From contig JADLFV010000123.1 in assembly GCA_020849625.1 (NCBI GenBank), forward strand, positions 10,605-74,604: DNA of 64,000 bases, given 5' to 3'. Within the stretch, counting starts at the first letter, position 1, and the number at the start of each line of letters is the position of its first letter. Positions 7,920-16,705 of the stretch are shown here, one piece after another. This stretch comes from Phycisphaeraceae bacterium. Lineage in GTDB: Bacteria > Planctomycetota > Phycisphaerae > Phycisphaerales > Phycisphaeraceae. Position numbers and translations under genes: made by a program. Under the pieces are notes generated by a model that was not told the DNA's origin, did not search any database, and saw only the letters and a program-made list of their open reading frames with translations.

Positions 7920-9077
7920 ATGAACAAGCGGCAAAGCATTCTGATTCTGGGCGGTGACGCCGACGGCAACCTCGGCGATCGCGCCATCCTGACCGCCATG
8001 TGCGCCGCCATCAAGCGGATCGAGCCGCAGGCCGAGATCATCGCCACGTCCGAGCATCCGGACAACTTGCGGGCGATCCTGGATGCCACCGTGCTCAAGC
8101 GCGGCCTGCGCGGCCTGCCGCGTCTGTGTGCCGCGGCCCGGCGCAGTCGCATCGTGCTGATCGGGGGCGGCGGATTGTTTCAGGATGATGACAGCCTGGT
8201 CAAGATGCCCTACTGGGCAGCGCGTTGTCTGTTGATGCGTTTGTGTTGCAAACGATTGGCGGGTTGTTCCATCGGCGCGGGCCCGTTGCGTTCGTTCAGC
8301 AGCCGATTGTCGGCCATGATCGCGTTCTCCGTGATGCAGCGGGTCAGCGTGCGCGACCACATCGCTCGCCGCACGGTGCAGCCGTTGACTTCCACCACGG
8401 TGGAGGTGGTGCCTGATCCGGCTTTCATGCTCGATCCCCTGGACGACACCGCCGGCCGGCGCCTGCTCAGCGAGCAGGGCGTTCCGCTGAATGACGGCCC
8501 GTTGATCGGCGTCACCATTCGCCGCTGGTTTCCTCCCAAGCCGCGCTGGATTCCCAACCGTATTTTGCCGCGAAAAGACAATCCAATGAGTCATCGCCTG
8601 CTGGAGCTTTATGCGCAGACGCTCGACCGCGTGCTGTCACGCTGCGGCGGGCGCGTGGTGATGATGCCCACCTACAACCTGGCCCACGAAGGTGACGATC
8701 GCCTGTGCGGGCAGGTGATCAAGTTGATGGCCGGCGAGCGCGCCCACCTGGTGCGCGTGAATGATCCCGCTTTGTATCAGGCGGTGGCGCGGCAGTTGTC
8801 ATTGATGGTGGCGGGGCGCATGCACTCGGCGATCCTGGCCGCTTCGGTGGGCACGCCGGTGGTCGGCCTGGCGTACAACCCCAAGTTTCACGGCGTTTTC
8901 GAACTGTTGGGCAAATCGGACGTGGTGATGGATGTCGAGTCCTTCGTCAACAGCGCCGACGTGGACGGCTTCGCCCGCCTCATCGAGTCCACCCTGCACC
9001 GTCGCCGCCCGGCACAACCAGCCGCGGCGCAACTGGCTCAGCAGACACGGCAATGGCTTACGGAGGTGCTGTCGTGA
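7920..9077 (+). CDS. Polysaccharide pyruvyl transferase family protein (WcaK/CsaB-like)
   Basis: ILILGGDADGNLGDRAIL, LIGGGGLFQDD, GRMHSAILAASVGTPVVGLAYNPKF. Starts 2 nt after the upstream stop. Confidence 0.8.
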   Translation: MNKRQSILILGGDADGNLGDRAILTAMCAAIKRIEPQAEIIATSEHPDNLRAILDATVLKRGLRGLPRLCAAARRSRIVLIGGGGLFQDDDSLVKMPYWAARCLLMRLCCKRLAGCSIGAGPLRSFSSRLSAMIAFSVMQRVSVRDHIARRTVQPLTSTTVEVVPDPAFMLDPLDDTAGRRLLSEQGVPLNDGPLIGVTIRRWFPPKPRWIPNRILPRKDNPMSHRLLELYAQTLDRVLSRCGGRVVMMPTYNLAHEGDDRLCGQVIKLMAGERAHLVRVNDPALYQAVARQLSLMVAGRMHSAILAASVGTPVVGLAYNPKFHGVFELLGKSDVVMDVESFVNSADVDGFARLIESTLHRRRPAQPAAAQLAQQTRQWLTEVLS

Positions 9078-10306
9078 TGCTCAGCGTGGCGCATCAGCTT
9101 CGGCGAATGCGGCAGGCCACGAGGGCGAATCCCGGCGTCATCGCCACCATGCAGGCGCATCGACTGCAAAATCTGGTGCGCTGCGCCTATGACCATGTGC
9201 GCTACTACCGGCAATTGTTCGATGAGGCGGGGATCGATCCTTCCACGATCAGAAAGGTTTCGGACCTGTCCCGCATCCCGATCAGCCGCAAGAGCGATCT
9301 GCAGGCGGCTGGTGCTGAAGTGATCAGCAGTCAGGCTTTTTCACCGCAGCATTGCGTGATTGAAAAGACCAGCGGTTCGAGCGGCGCGCCCTTCGAGATT
9401 CGATTCGATCGACATTTCGTGGCGGTGCGCAACGCCATGTTCCTGCGGGCAATGGGCGCGGCGGGTTACCGGCTGGGACAGCGGATGATGCTGATCAGCG
9501 GCACGCAACCGCGCCAGCGGCGCTGGCCGACGCCGTGGCTCTACGTGCCGTTCGACGATTCCCCGGCCGCCATGCTGGAGAAGTTGAATCGCTTTCGACC
9601 GCAGGTGCTCTACGGCTGGGTGACGCCGCTGCGGCAGTTGGCTGAGCACGTGCGAGAACACAACCTTCCGGGGGCCCATCAACCGCGGGCCGTGGTGACC
9701 ACCGCTGAGCCGCTCGATGGTCCGACCCATGCGCTGCTGGGTGAAGCGCTGGGGGCGGAGGTGTTTGAGATTTTCGGCCTTACGGAAATGGGCGCGATGG
9801 CTTGGGAATGTTCCCGGCACGACGGCCTGCACCTGGCGCAGGACGTGGTGATCGCTGAGCGCGTCGAAGGCCGGCTGGTGCTGACCAATCTGTTGTTACG
9901 GGCCATGCCGCTGCTGCGCTACGACTGCGGCGACCTGGTGGAGCAGTTTCCGCCGATGGAGATGTGCGCTTGTGGTTGCACCTTCGCCAAGCTGCCGCGG
10001 GTGGAGGGTCGGCAGGTTGATTGCGTGCGTCTGGCGGATGGGCGCGTGTTGTCCCCTTATAGTCTGACACTGGCCATGGAGAAGGTTACGGCATTGCAGC
10101 GATATCAGGTGATCCAGTCGGCGCTGGGGCGTTTGGAGGTCCATTACGTGCCGCAACCGGGCAGCAGCGACGCCGAGCCGGAGATTCGGGCTGCGCTGGC
10201 CGCGTTGCTGGGTGAACAGGCGTCCATTGAGGTTATCAAGCGGTCCACGCTGGATCCCCCGCCCGGCCGCAAGTTCCGCGTGGTGGAATGCCGATGCAGG
10301 AGCTAG
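9077..10306 (+). CDS. Phenylacetate-CoA ligase / coenzyme F390 synthetase-like adenylate-forming enzyme (CapK-like)
   Basis: ATG 9077 overlaps the upstream TGA (TGATG). AMP-binding motif KTSGSSGAPF; PaaK-family-like length and layout. Confidence 0.7.
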   Translation: MLSVAHQLRRMRQATRANPGVIATMQAHRLQNLVRCAYDHVRYYRQLFDEAGIDPSTIRKVSDLSRIPISRKSDLQAAGAEVISSQAFSPQHCVIEKTSGSSGAPFEIRFDRHFVAVRNAMFLRAMGAAGYRLGQRMMLISGTQPRQRRWPTPWLYVPFDDSPAAMLEKLNRFRPQVLYGWVTPLRQLAEHVREHNLPGAHQPRAVVTTAEPLDGPTHALLGEALGAEVFEIFGLTEMGAMAWECSRHDGLHLAQDVVIAERVEGRLVLTNLLLRAMPLLRYDCGDLVEQFPPMEMCACGCTFAKLPRVEGRQVDCVRLADGRVLSPYSLTLAMEKVTALQRYQVIQSALGRLEVHYVPQPGSSDAEPEIRAALAALLGEQASIEVIKRSTLDPPPGRKFRVVECRCRS

Positions 10307-10398
10307 GAAGCCACCGAGCCACCAAGCCACCAAGGGATGGGTAAGCGGTCCCATAACGAATCCCTTGGTGGCTCGGTGGCTCGGTCACTTGGTGGCTT
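10307..10398. repeat. Long hairpin, GCCACC(G/A)A-unit family
   Basis: Left arm 10307-10337 (GAAGCCACCGAGCCACCAAGCCACCAAGGGA) is the imperfect reverse complement of the right arm 10361-10398 (TCCCTTGGTGGCTCGGTGGCTCGGTCACTTGGTGGCTT). It starts right after the stop at 10304-10306. Confidence 0.85.
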
Positions 10399-10414
10399 TG
10401 CCAAGGATCGCCGC

Positions 10415-11536
10415 ATGAACATCCTTTGCATCTGCTACGAATACCCGCCCGTCGGCGGCGGTGGGGGGCCTGCCTGCCAGGGTGTATGCCAGTCGATCGT
10501 GCAGCAGGGACATCAGGTGGACGTGGTTACCAGCGCCATGCGCGACCTGCCGCGCCATGAGCTGCGCCAGGGCGTGCAGATTCACCGCACCTCGTGCATC
10601 CGGCGACACCTCCACTATTCCAACACCTTCGAACTGTTCACCGGCCTGCTCCCCGCTTATCGCACAGCCATCGGACTTACCAGTAAAAAACAATACGACC
10701 TGATCCATTGTCACTTCGTCGTGCCTTCGGGCATCGTGGCGCGAGCGGTGGCGCGTAAGACGGGGCTGCCTTACATCATCACCGCTCATGGCTCCGACAT
10801 CCCCGGCTACAACCCGGATCGCTTCGACCTCGTGCACAAGCTCATCAGGCCGACGTGGCGATCGATCCTGCGCCAGGCCAAGGTCGTCAACACGCCGTCC
10901 TGTTATCTGCGCGACCTGATTCAGGCCAACGTGGATGTGCCGGTCCAGATCATTCCCTACGGCTTCAACCCGCCGCCCGATCCCGGCGTGGCGCGGGAAG
11001 ATCGCATCCTCGTGGTCACACGCATGTTCGAACGCAAGGGCGTGCAGCACGTGATCGAAGCGCTGCGCGGCATGCAGACCCATTGGCGACTGTGCATTGC
11101 GGGTGACGGCCCGTATCTTCCGGCACTCAAGGCGCAGGCGGAGGCGGCCGGTGTCGAGGTGGAGTTTCACGGCTACGTGCAGGGGCCGCAGCTTGTGAAG
11201 CTGTACCACTCCGCCAAGGTCTTTGCGTTTCCCTCATCGAGCGAGAACTTCCCGGTGGTACTGCTGGAGGCGATGGCGGCCGGTTGCGCGGTGGTGACCA
11301 CATCGGGCACGGGTTGCGCCGAGGTGGTGGGTGATGCCGCCATCACAGTGGAGCCGGACAGTCCGCAACAGGTGCGACAGGCTTTGCAGAGTCTGCTCAG
11401 CGATCCCGATGAGATTGCAAGGCTCAGCACCCTGGCCAGGCAGCGCATCGAGCGTTTTCACTGGGACCGCATCGGGCAGGAGTTTGAACGGCTGTACACC
11501 CGCTGCGCACTTCGGGCTGAGGAAAGGGCACCGTGA
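10415..11536 (+). CDS. Glycosyltransferase family 4
   Basis: MNILCICYEYPPVGGGGGPACQG N-terminus; C-terminal E-x7-E region FPSSSENFPVVLLEAMAAGCAVV. Confidence 0.85.
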   Translation: MNILCICYEYPPVGGGGGPACQGVCQSIVQQGHQVDVVTSAMRDLPRHELRQGVQIHRTSCIRRHLHYSNTFELFTGLLPAYRTAIGLTSKKQYDLIHCHFVVPSGIVARAVARKTGLPYIITAHGSDIPGYNPDRFDLVHKLIRPTWRSILRQAKVVNTPSCYLRDLIQANVDVPVQIIPYGFNPPPDPGVAREDRILVVTRMFERKGVQHVIEALRGMQTHWRLCIAGDGPYLPALKAQAEAAGVEVEFHGYVQGPQLVKLYHSAKVFAFPSSSENFPVVLLEAMAAGCAVVTTSGTGCAEVVGDAAITVEPDSPQQVRQALQSLLSDPDEIARLSTLARQRIERFHWDRIGQEFERLYTRCALRAEERAP

Positions 11537-12963
11537 AGCGCCGCCTGCTGCTGCACGTGTTCTTCGTTTCCGTGGCGTACTACACCAGCAATGGCCTGTA
11601 CATGGTGCGCGGGTTGGTGCTGGCGTGGCTGCTGGGCCCGGCGGCGTTCGGGGTGTGGACCGCCATGCGCCTGGTGCAGTCGTTCAGCCATTTCGCCATG
11701 CTCGGTTCGCGGCAGGGCATGGTGCAGTTGGCGCCGCAGGCCGACGGGCAAGGTGATCAGCAGCGGGCCACGCAGTTGCGCCGCGCTGCTTCACTGTTGA
11801 ATCTGTACGGCACGGTGGCGCTGATGCTGGTGGTGGCAGCCGTTGCCTTTTGGCGCGGAGCGGCGGGATACCGGCTGGCGTGGCTGCTCTTCGCGGCGGG
11901 TCTGCTGGGCACGCACCTGTTTTATTTCTATCAGGCGGACCTGCGCTCGCATCAGAAGTTCACGCTGACGGCCATCAGCGAGATATTGGTCGCGCTGATC
12001 AGCACGGGGCTGGGGCTGGCGGCCGCGTGGCGCTACGGACTGGTGGGATTTCTGCTGGTCCTGGGCGCGGGTTATCTGGTATCGCTGTGGGTGGTGTGGC
12101 GGATGGGTCCGCCGTTCGCCCGGCCGCAGTGGCGGCGCGAAACAGCCGGTCAATTGATCGCGGTGGGTTTCCCGCTGATGGCCAGCGGCGCCCTGTGCGT
12201 GGTGATGTGGAACGTGGACAAGCTGCTGCTGTGGCTGATGCGCGGGCACGAGGCGTTGGGCATTTATGCGGTGCAGGCCAGCTTCAGCAACGTGGCGCTG
12301 CTGGCGCCGGCGGCGATCTTCACCGTGCTGCATCCGCACCTGATGCGTCACCTGGGCGAGCAGCGCAGCGCTGAGGCGGTTCGGCCGTATCTGGTGCGCG
12401 GCGGGGAACTGTCGGCCGTTTGGTCGGGGCCGGTGGTGGGATTGGGCTTTCTCCTGCTGCACCTGCCGATCCGCTGGTGGCTGGCCAGGTACAGTGACGC
12501 CATCGAGCCCGGCCGCGTGCTGATGATCGCAGCCTACTTCACCATGATGGCCACCGTGCCCGCCACCGTGCTCATCTCGCTCAACGGGCAGGTGCGCCTG
12601 TGCTTGATCCGCATCGCCGCCATCGTCGTCACCGCCGTGTCCGGAGCGCTGGTGCTGAAGGCCGGCTACGGCTATGTCGCACTGGCCCTGGCGATGAGCG
12701 CGGGATTGGTGTGTGATGGCTTGCTGACATTGTGGGCCGCGGCGCATCAGGCGGCGCTGCGGCGTGGTGAAGCATGGCGCCTGGCGTGTGCGTTGCATGC
12801 GCCGCTGGCGCTGTTGGGTATCGGGCTGGCGCTGGGGTGGTGGTTGATCGGCGACAACGCGACGCACTGGCAGGCGGACCTGGCGGCCACGGCCGGCCGG
12901 TGCGCAATTCTGATGATCATTTGCGCACCGTATGCGATCTGGCGATCGCACAGGCTCAAGTGA
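11533..12963 (+). CDS. Polysaccharide/oligosaccharide flippase (Wzx/MOP family)
   Basis: GTG start overlapping the upstream stop (GTGA). 476 aa and strongly hydrophobic throughout, with many predicted TM helices, as in Wzx-like proteins. Confidence 0.7.
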   Translation: MKRRLLLHVFFVSVAYYTSNGLYMVRGLVLAWLLGPAAFGVWTAMRLVQSFSHFAMLGSRQGMVQLAPQADGQGDQQRATQLRRAASLLNLYGTVALMLVVAAVAFWRGAAGYRLAWLLFAAGLLGTHLFYFYQADLRSHQKFTLTAISEILVALISTGLGLAAAWRYGLVGFLLVLGAGYLVSLWVVWRMGPPFARPQWRRETAGQLIAVGFPLMASGALCVVMWNVDKLLLWLMRGHEALGIYAVQASFSNVALLAPAAIFTVLHPHLMRHLGEQRSAEAVRPYLVRGGELSAVWSGPVVGLGFLLLHLPIRWWLARYSDAIEPGRVLMIAAYFTMMATVPATVLISLNGQVRLCLIRIAAIVVTAVSGALVLKAGYGYVALALAMSAGLVCDGLLTLWAAAHQAALRRGEAWRLACALHAPLALLGIGLALGWWLIGDNATHWQADLAATAGRCAILMIICAPYAIWRSHRLK

Positions 12964-13101
12964 TTGCTTGAACATTTCCATGCGATGGGCGCATCGCGAT
13001 TGCATAAATATGGCGTTTCCCCCGGCGAAGGAAGCGTTTAAGCGCGATCGGCCAATTGGGCGATGATATAATGGCGATCTTGTCCGGGCAGGAATTTCAC
13101 C

Positions 13102-14403
13102 ATGGTCACCCAGGCGCCCGCAAGCAAACCTTCCGCCACGACTTCGACACGCAGTCAACTGCTGGACAACGCGCTGCTGCTGCTGGATCGAGCTGTGCAG
13201 CATAAGCTGGCGTCCGTGCCCGACGATCTGATGGAGAAGCTGCGCAAGCCCAAAGAGCGGATCGAGGTGACCATGTCGCCTCAGCTCAGCGACGGCCGGG
13301 TGCACACCATTCCCGCTTACATCGTGCGCCACAACACCGCGCTGGGACCGGCCAAGGGCGGCATCCGCATGACCAGCCAGGTCACGCTCGATGACGTCAA
13401 CGGCCTGTCCATGGACATGACCTGGAAGTGCGCCCTGATCGGCGTGCCCTTCGGCGGCGGTAAGAGCGGCATCGTGGCCGACCCCCGGAAGTTAAGCGTG
13501 GGCGATCGTGAAGTGCTGATCCGTGCGTTCGCCCGCTCCGCCGTGCGCCACATCGGCCCACAGGTCTATGTCCCGGCCCCCGACATGGGCACCACCGAGC
13601 GCGAGATGGGATACATCAAGGACACGCTCAGCAACGACGACGGGCAGGCCACCACCAGCGGCTGCTACGTCACCGGCAAGCCCGTCATCCTCGGTGGCGT
13701 CCCCGGCCGACGCGAAGCCACCGGGCGCGGCGTGGCCATCTGCGTGCGCGAAGCTCTGGCCCAGATGAATCAGCCCATTGAGCAGGCCACCATGGTTCTG
13801 CAGGGCTTCGGCAACGTGGGCGGCGCGGCCGCGATGATCCTGCACCAGATGGGCGCCCGCATCATCGCCGTGGCCGACATCGACGGCGCAGTGGTCAATC
13901 ACGACGGCCTGGATGTCCCAGCCCTGAACGACTATGCCAGGTGCACCGGCACAGTGCATGGTTTTACCGGCGGCAAGGAAATCGATTCCGCAGCCGTGCT
14001 GGAGCTGCCTTGCGACGTGCTGATCCCCGCCGCCGCCGCCGGCCAGATCACCGCGGACAACGCCCCGCGCATCGCCGCCCGGCTTATCGCGGAGGGAGCC
14101 AACGGCCCCACGCTGCACGAAGCGGACGAAATCCTGCGCGAACGCGGCATCACGGTGTTGCCCGACATCCTCTGCAATGCCGGCGGCGTCTATGTCTCCT
14201 ATATCGAATACACGCAGGAAACACAGCAGGAACAGTTCACCGAATCGCTGGTCAACAAGCGCCTGGAGAAGCGCATGGTGGCTCGCTACCAGCACGTGAG
14301 CCAGTATGCGGCGGAAAAGAAACTGACCCTGCGTGAAGCAGCCATGGCCATCGCCATTGAGCGCGTGGTGGAAGCGACGGTCGCCAAGGGCATGTTGCCG
14401 TAA
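13102..14403 (+). CDS. gdhA: Glutamate dehydrogenase (Glu/Leu/Phe/Val dehydrogenase family)
   Basis: GPAKGGIRM, GVPFGGGKSGI, Rossmann GFGNVGG. Confidence 0.9.
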   Translation: MVTQAPASKPSATTSTRSQLLDNALLLLDRAVQHKLASVPDDLMEKLRKPKERIEVTMSPQLSDGRVHTIPAYIVRHNTALGPAKGGIRMTSQVTLDDVNGLSMDMTWKCALIGVPFGGGKSGIVADPRKLSVGDREVLIRAFARSAVRHIGPQVYVPAPDMGTTEREMGYIKDTLSNDDGQATTSGCYVTGKPVILGGVPGRREATGRGVAICVREALAQMNQPIEQATMVLQGFGNVGGAAAMILHQMGARIIAVADIDGAVVNHDGLDVPALNDYARCTGTVHGFTGGKEIDSAAVLELPCDVLIPAAAAGQITADNAPRIAARLIAEGANGPTLHEADEILRERGITVLPDILCNAGGVYVSYIEYTQETQQEQFTESLVNKRLEKRMVARYQHVSQYAAEKKLTLREAAMAIAIERVVEATVAKGMLP

Positions 14404-14588
14404 GGCGGGACACAACCTGGGCGCGTGGCATGACTGGGGCTGTTCGAGCTTGAGAATTCACACATCGGCGATCAGTTCTGGTGCGGTTACACCGCGCCAC
14501 CAGGTGTTGCGCTGAGGCCGCACATGCAAGGTAGAATGCTCCCCCATCTGTCGCGTGGGGCTGCGGCAATCTCTGCGAAAGGCTCATC

Positions 14589-16082
14589 ATGAAGCGGCGG
14601 ACGTTCCTGAAATTGGCGGGTTCGGGACTGGCGACCACCATGCTCGGCCCCCTGGCGTCGCGGCCGCTCCGGGCAGCACAGGCCATGCGTCCGCCCAACA
14701 TCATTCTGCTGCTGACCGACGAGCACGACCCGCGCGTGACCGGCTGCTACGGCAACAAGCTGGTCCGCACCCCGGCTCTGGATCGGCTGGCGGCCGAGGG
14801 CGTGACCTTCGACCATTGCTATTGCAACTCACCCCTGTGCGTGCCCTCGCGCCTTTCGCACACCTCCGGCAAGTACATCAGTCGCGTGAGCGCCTGGAGC
14901 AACAGTTGCCGCCTGCCCGATCCCGAAAACATCGATACGCTGGCTCACGTGCTCTCGCGCTTCGGCTATCAACCCTACCTTTGCGGCAAGAATCACTACG
15001 ACAAGCGTTATCGCTACGGCTTCATCGACCTGGAGCCCAGCTTCAACAGGAGCAACAAGACCGGCCGGGGCAATCGCCGCGAGCCCGATGATCTGGCCGA
15101 AGTGGGCGGACTGTCCAAACGATTCAATGAAAGCAATCTGGCCGTGCGCGACAACTCCTCTGTGATCAGTCACGACCAGAAAGTGACCGAGACAGCCGTG
15201 CGTTTCCTGCAGCAGCGCACAGCGGACGATGGGCCGTTTTATCTGCACGTGGGATTGCTCGCTCCGCACTTCCCGCTGGTGGCGCCGCAATCGTACTGGG
15301 ATCCGTACCGCGACCAGGTGCCCATGCCGCAGATTCCTGATGGTTTTCTTGATCGTCTGCCGCTGAACTACAAGCACCTGCGCTACGGGTTCAACGTGTC
15401 GAATGTGCCGGACGAAACGGTGAAGCTGGGGCGCGAACTGTACTACGGGCTGACGCAGTGGGTCGATGACCAGATCGGCACGCTCCTGGCGGCACTGGTC
15501 CAGACGGAATTTGCTGAGAACACTGTCATCATCTACACGGCCGATCACGGCGAAAACGCCGGCGAGCACGGCCTGTGGTGGAAGAACAGCATGTACGAGC
15601 AATCAGCGGGGATCCCGTTGATCATGCACTGGCCGCAGCGCTGGGCCGGTGGTCAGCGGCGCAGCGGCGTCTGCTCCATGCTCGACGTGGTGCGCACGAT
15701 CATCGACCTGGCCGGCGGGCAGGCGCCCGATGACTGGGATGGCTCAACGCTGTTGCCGTTGCTGGACGATGCGCAGAGCCAGTGGGCGGATTTCGCCGTC
15801 AGCCAGTATTACGCCCACAACATCGCCTCCGGCTACGCCATGCTGGTCCAGGGCAACTGGAAATACGTCTATCACAGTCCGCCCGACCAGCACTACAAGC
15901 CGGAGATGGAGTTGTACGACCTGGCGGCCGACCCGATGGAGTTTGACAACCTGTCGTCGCAGCCGCAGCAGGCGCAGCGCCTGGCGCATATGCACGAGTT
16001 TCTGGTCAGGCAGATCGGCGAGCACCCGGACGAAACCGAAGCCCGCTGCCGCGCGCAGATCATCAAGGGTTACGATGCCTGA
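14589..16082 (+). CDS. Sulfatase (Tat signal)
   Basis: Twin-arginine signal MKRRTFLKLAGSGLA. Sulfatase signature CVPSRLS, PNIILLLTDEHD, ADHGE. Confidence 0.9.
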   Translation: MKRRTFLKLAGSGLATTMLGPLASRPLRAAQAMRPPNIILLLTDEHDPRVTGCYGNKLVRTPALDRLAAEGVTFDHCYCNSPLCVPSRLSHTSGKYISRVSAWSNSCRLPDPENIDTLAHVLSRFGYQPYLCGKNHYDKRYRYGFIDLEPSFNRSNKTGRGNRREPDDLAEVGGLSKRFNESNLAVRDNSSVISHDQKVTETAVRFLQQRTADDGPFYLHVGLLAPHFPLVAPQSYWDPYRDQVPMPQIPDGFLDRLPLNYKHLRYGFNVSNVPDETVKLGRELYYGLTQWVDDQIGTLLAALVQTEFAENTVIIYTADHGENAGEHGLWWKNSMYEQSAGIPLIMHWPQRWAGGQRRSGVCSMLDVVRTIIDLAGGQAPDDWDGSTLLPLLDDAQSQWADFAVSQYYAHNIASGYAMLVQGNWKYVYHSPPDQHYKPEMELYDLAADPMEFDNLSSQPQQAQRLAHMHEFLVRQIGEHPDETEARCRAQIIKGYDA

Positions 16083-16174
16083 CGACACGGATGGCGACAT
16101 GGCTCGGGATCGCAGGGCAAGTGGATGTGATGCGCTGCAGTGCGTTGGCGCGATTTGGATTGTCGTATTGAGAA

Positions 16175-16261
16175 TGCCGGTGGAGGGACTTGAACCCACA
16201 CGTCCTTTAAGGGGACAACGGATTTTGAATCCGTCGCGTCTGCCAATTCCGCCACACCGGC
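16175..16261 (-). tRNA. tRNA-Leu(CAA)
   Basis: Minus-strand sequence GCCGGTGTGGCGGAATTGGCAGACGCGACGGATTCAAAATCCGT...GGGTTCAAGTCCCTCCACCGGCA. 7-bp acceptor stem, anticodon loop TTCAAAA, long variable arm; one U-U mismatch in the T stem; no encoded CCA. Confidence 0.85.
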
Positions 16262-16705
16262 TCAGGTGCGGGCAGCAATTGTAACGTACCCGCGTCCGCG
16301 CGTCGGCGGCTGCCGCAAAAATGCATTAACGGGGCCTGGTTATTCTATCCCGTTGTAATCACGCCAGTTAAGATCAAAACTCGTTTTGCCGGGTGAGTCT
16401 ATTTGATCAAATTGTCCGGGCCAAACTTAAATCGTAATTATATTTCGGTATATTTATGGGGCCGGGGTTATGCGCAGGTCATGGAGCGTCCTGAACATGG
16501 CTGCTCTGGCGCGATTGATTTGGCTGCGGTGGGCTTGAAGTTCGCCCTGTTGCATCGGATGAACCAATGGTGAATCAACGAATGATCGATTGTGATCGCC
16601 ATGAAGTTGAGGGCGACAGGCCGCACTTGCCGGCCGGCAATGAGAGAGGCAGCATCGTCTATGACGCACGACATGACCTGATCCTAGATAGCGAGGAATG
16701 ACGTT

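Noticed and set aside
13067-13072. Perfect TATAAT upstream of gdh, and a TTGCGC-N19-TAGAAT pair at 14507-14537 upstream of the sulfatase, as promoters.
   Set aside because: There is no acceptable -35 at 16-18 nt spacing. Promoter consensus for this lineage is unknown to me, and isolated hexamers are expected by chance.
11791-13332. Very long antisense or alternative-frame ORFs. Examples: 11791-13332(-) 513 aa, 35193-36992(+) 599 aa, 41000-42871(-) 623 aa, 58507-60381(+) 624 aa, 3868-4989(-) 373 aa, 21126-22157(-) 343 aa.
   Set aside because: All lie opposite or overlapping genes with clear family motifs. Their translations are Arg/Gly/Ala/Pro/His-rich low-complexity strings, typical of shadow ORFs in high-GC DNA.
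16175-16261. tRNA-Leu as the attachment site of a genomic island carrying the glycan cluster.
   Set aside because: There is no integrase, no direct repeat of the tRNA 3' end that I could find, and the flanking genes have host-like GC. Only the AT-richer spacer at 16262-16705 is odd; it is reported separately at low interest.
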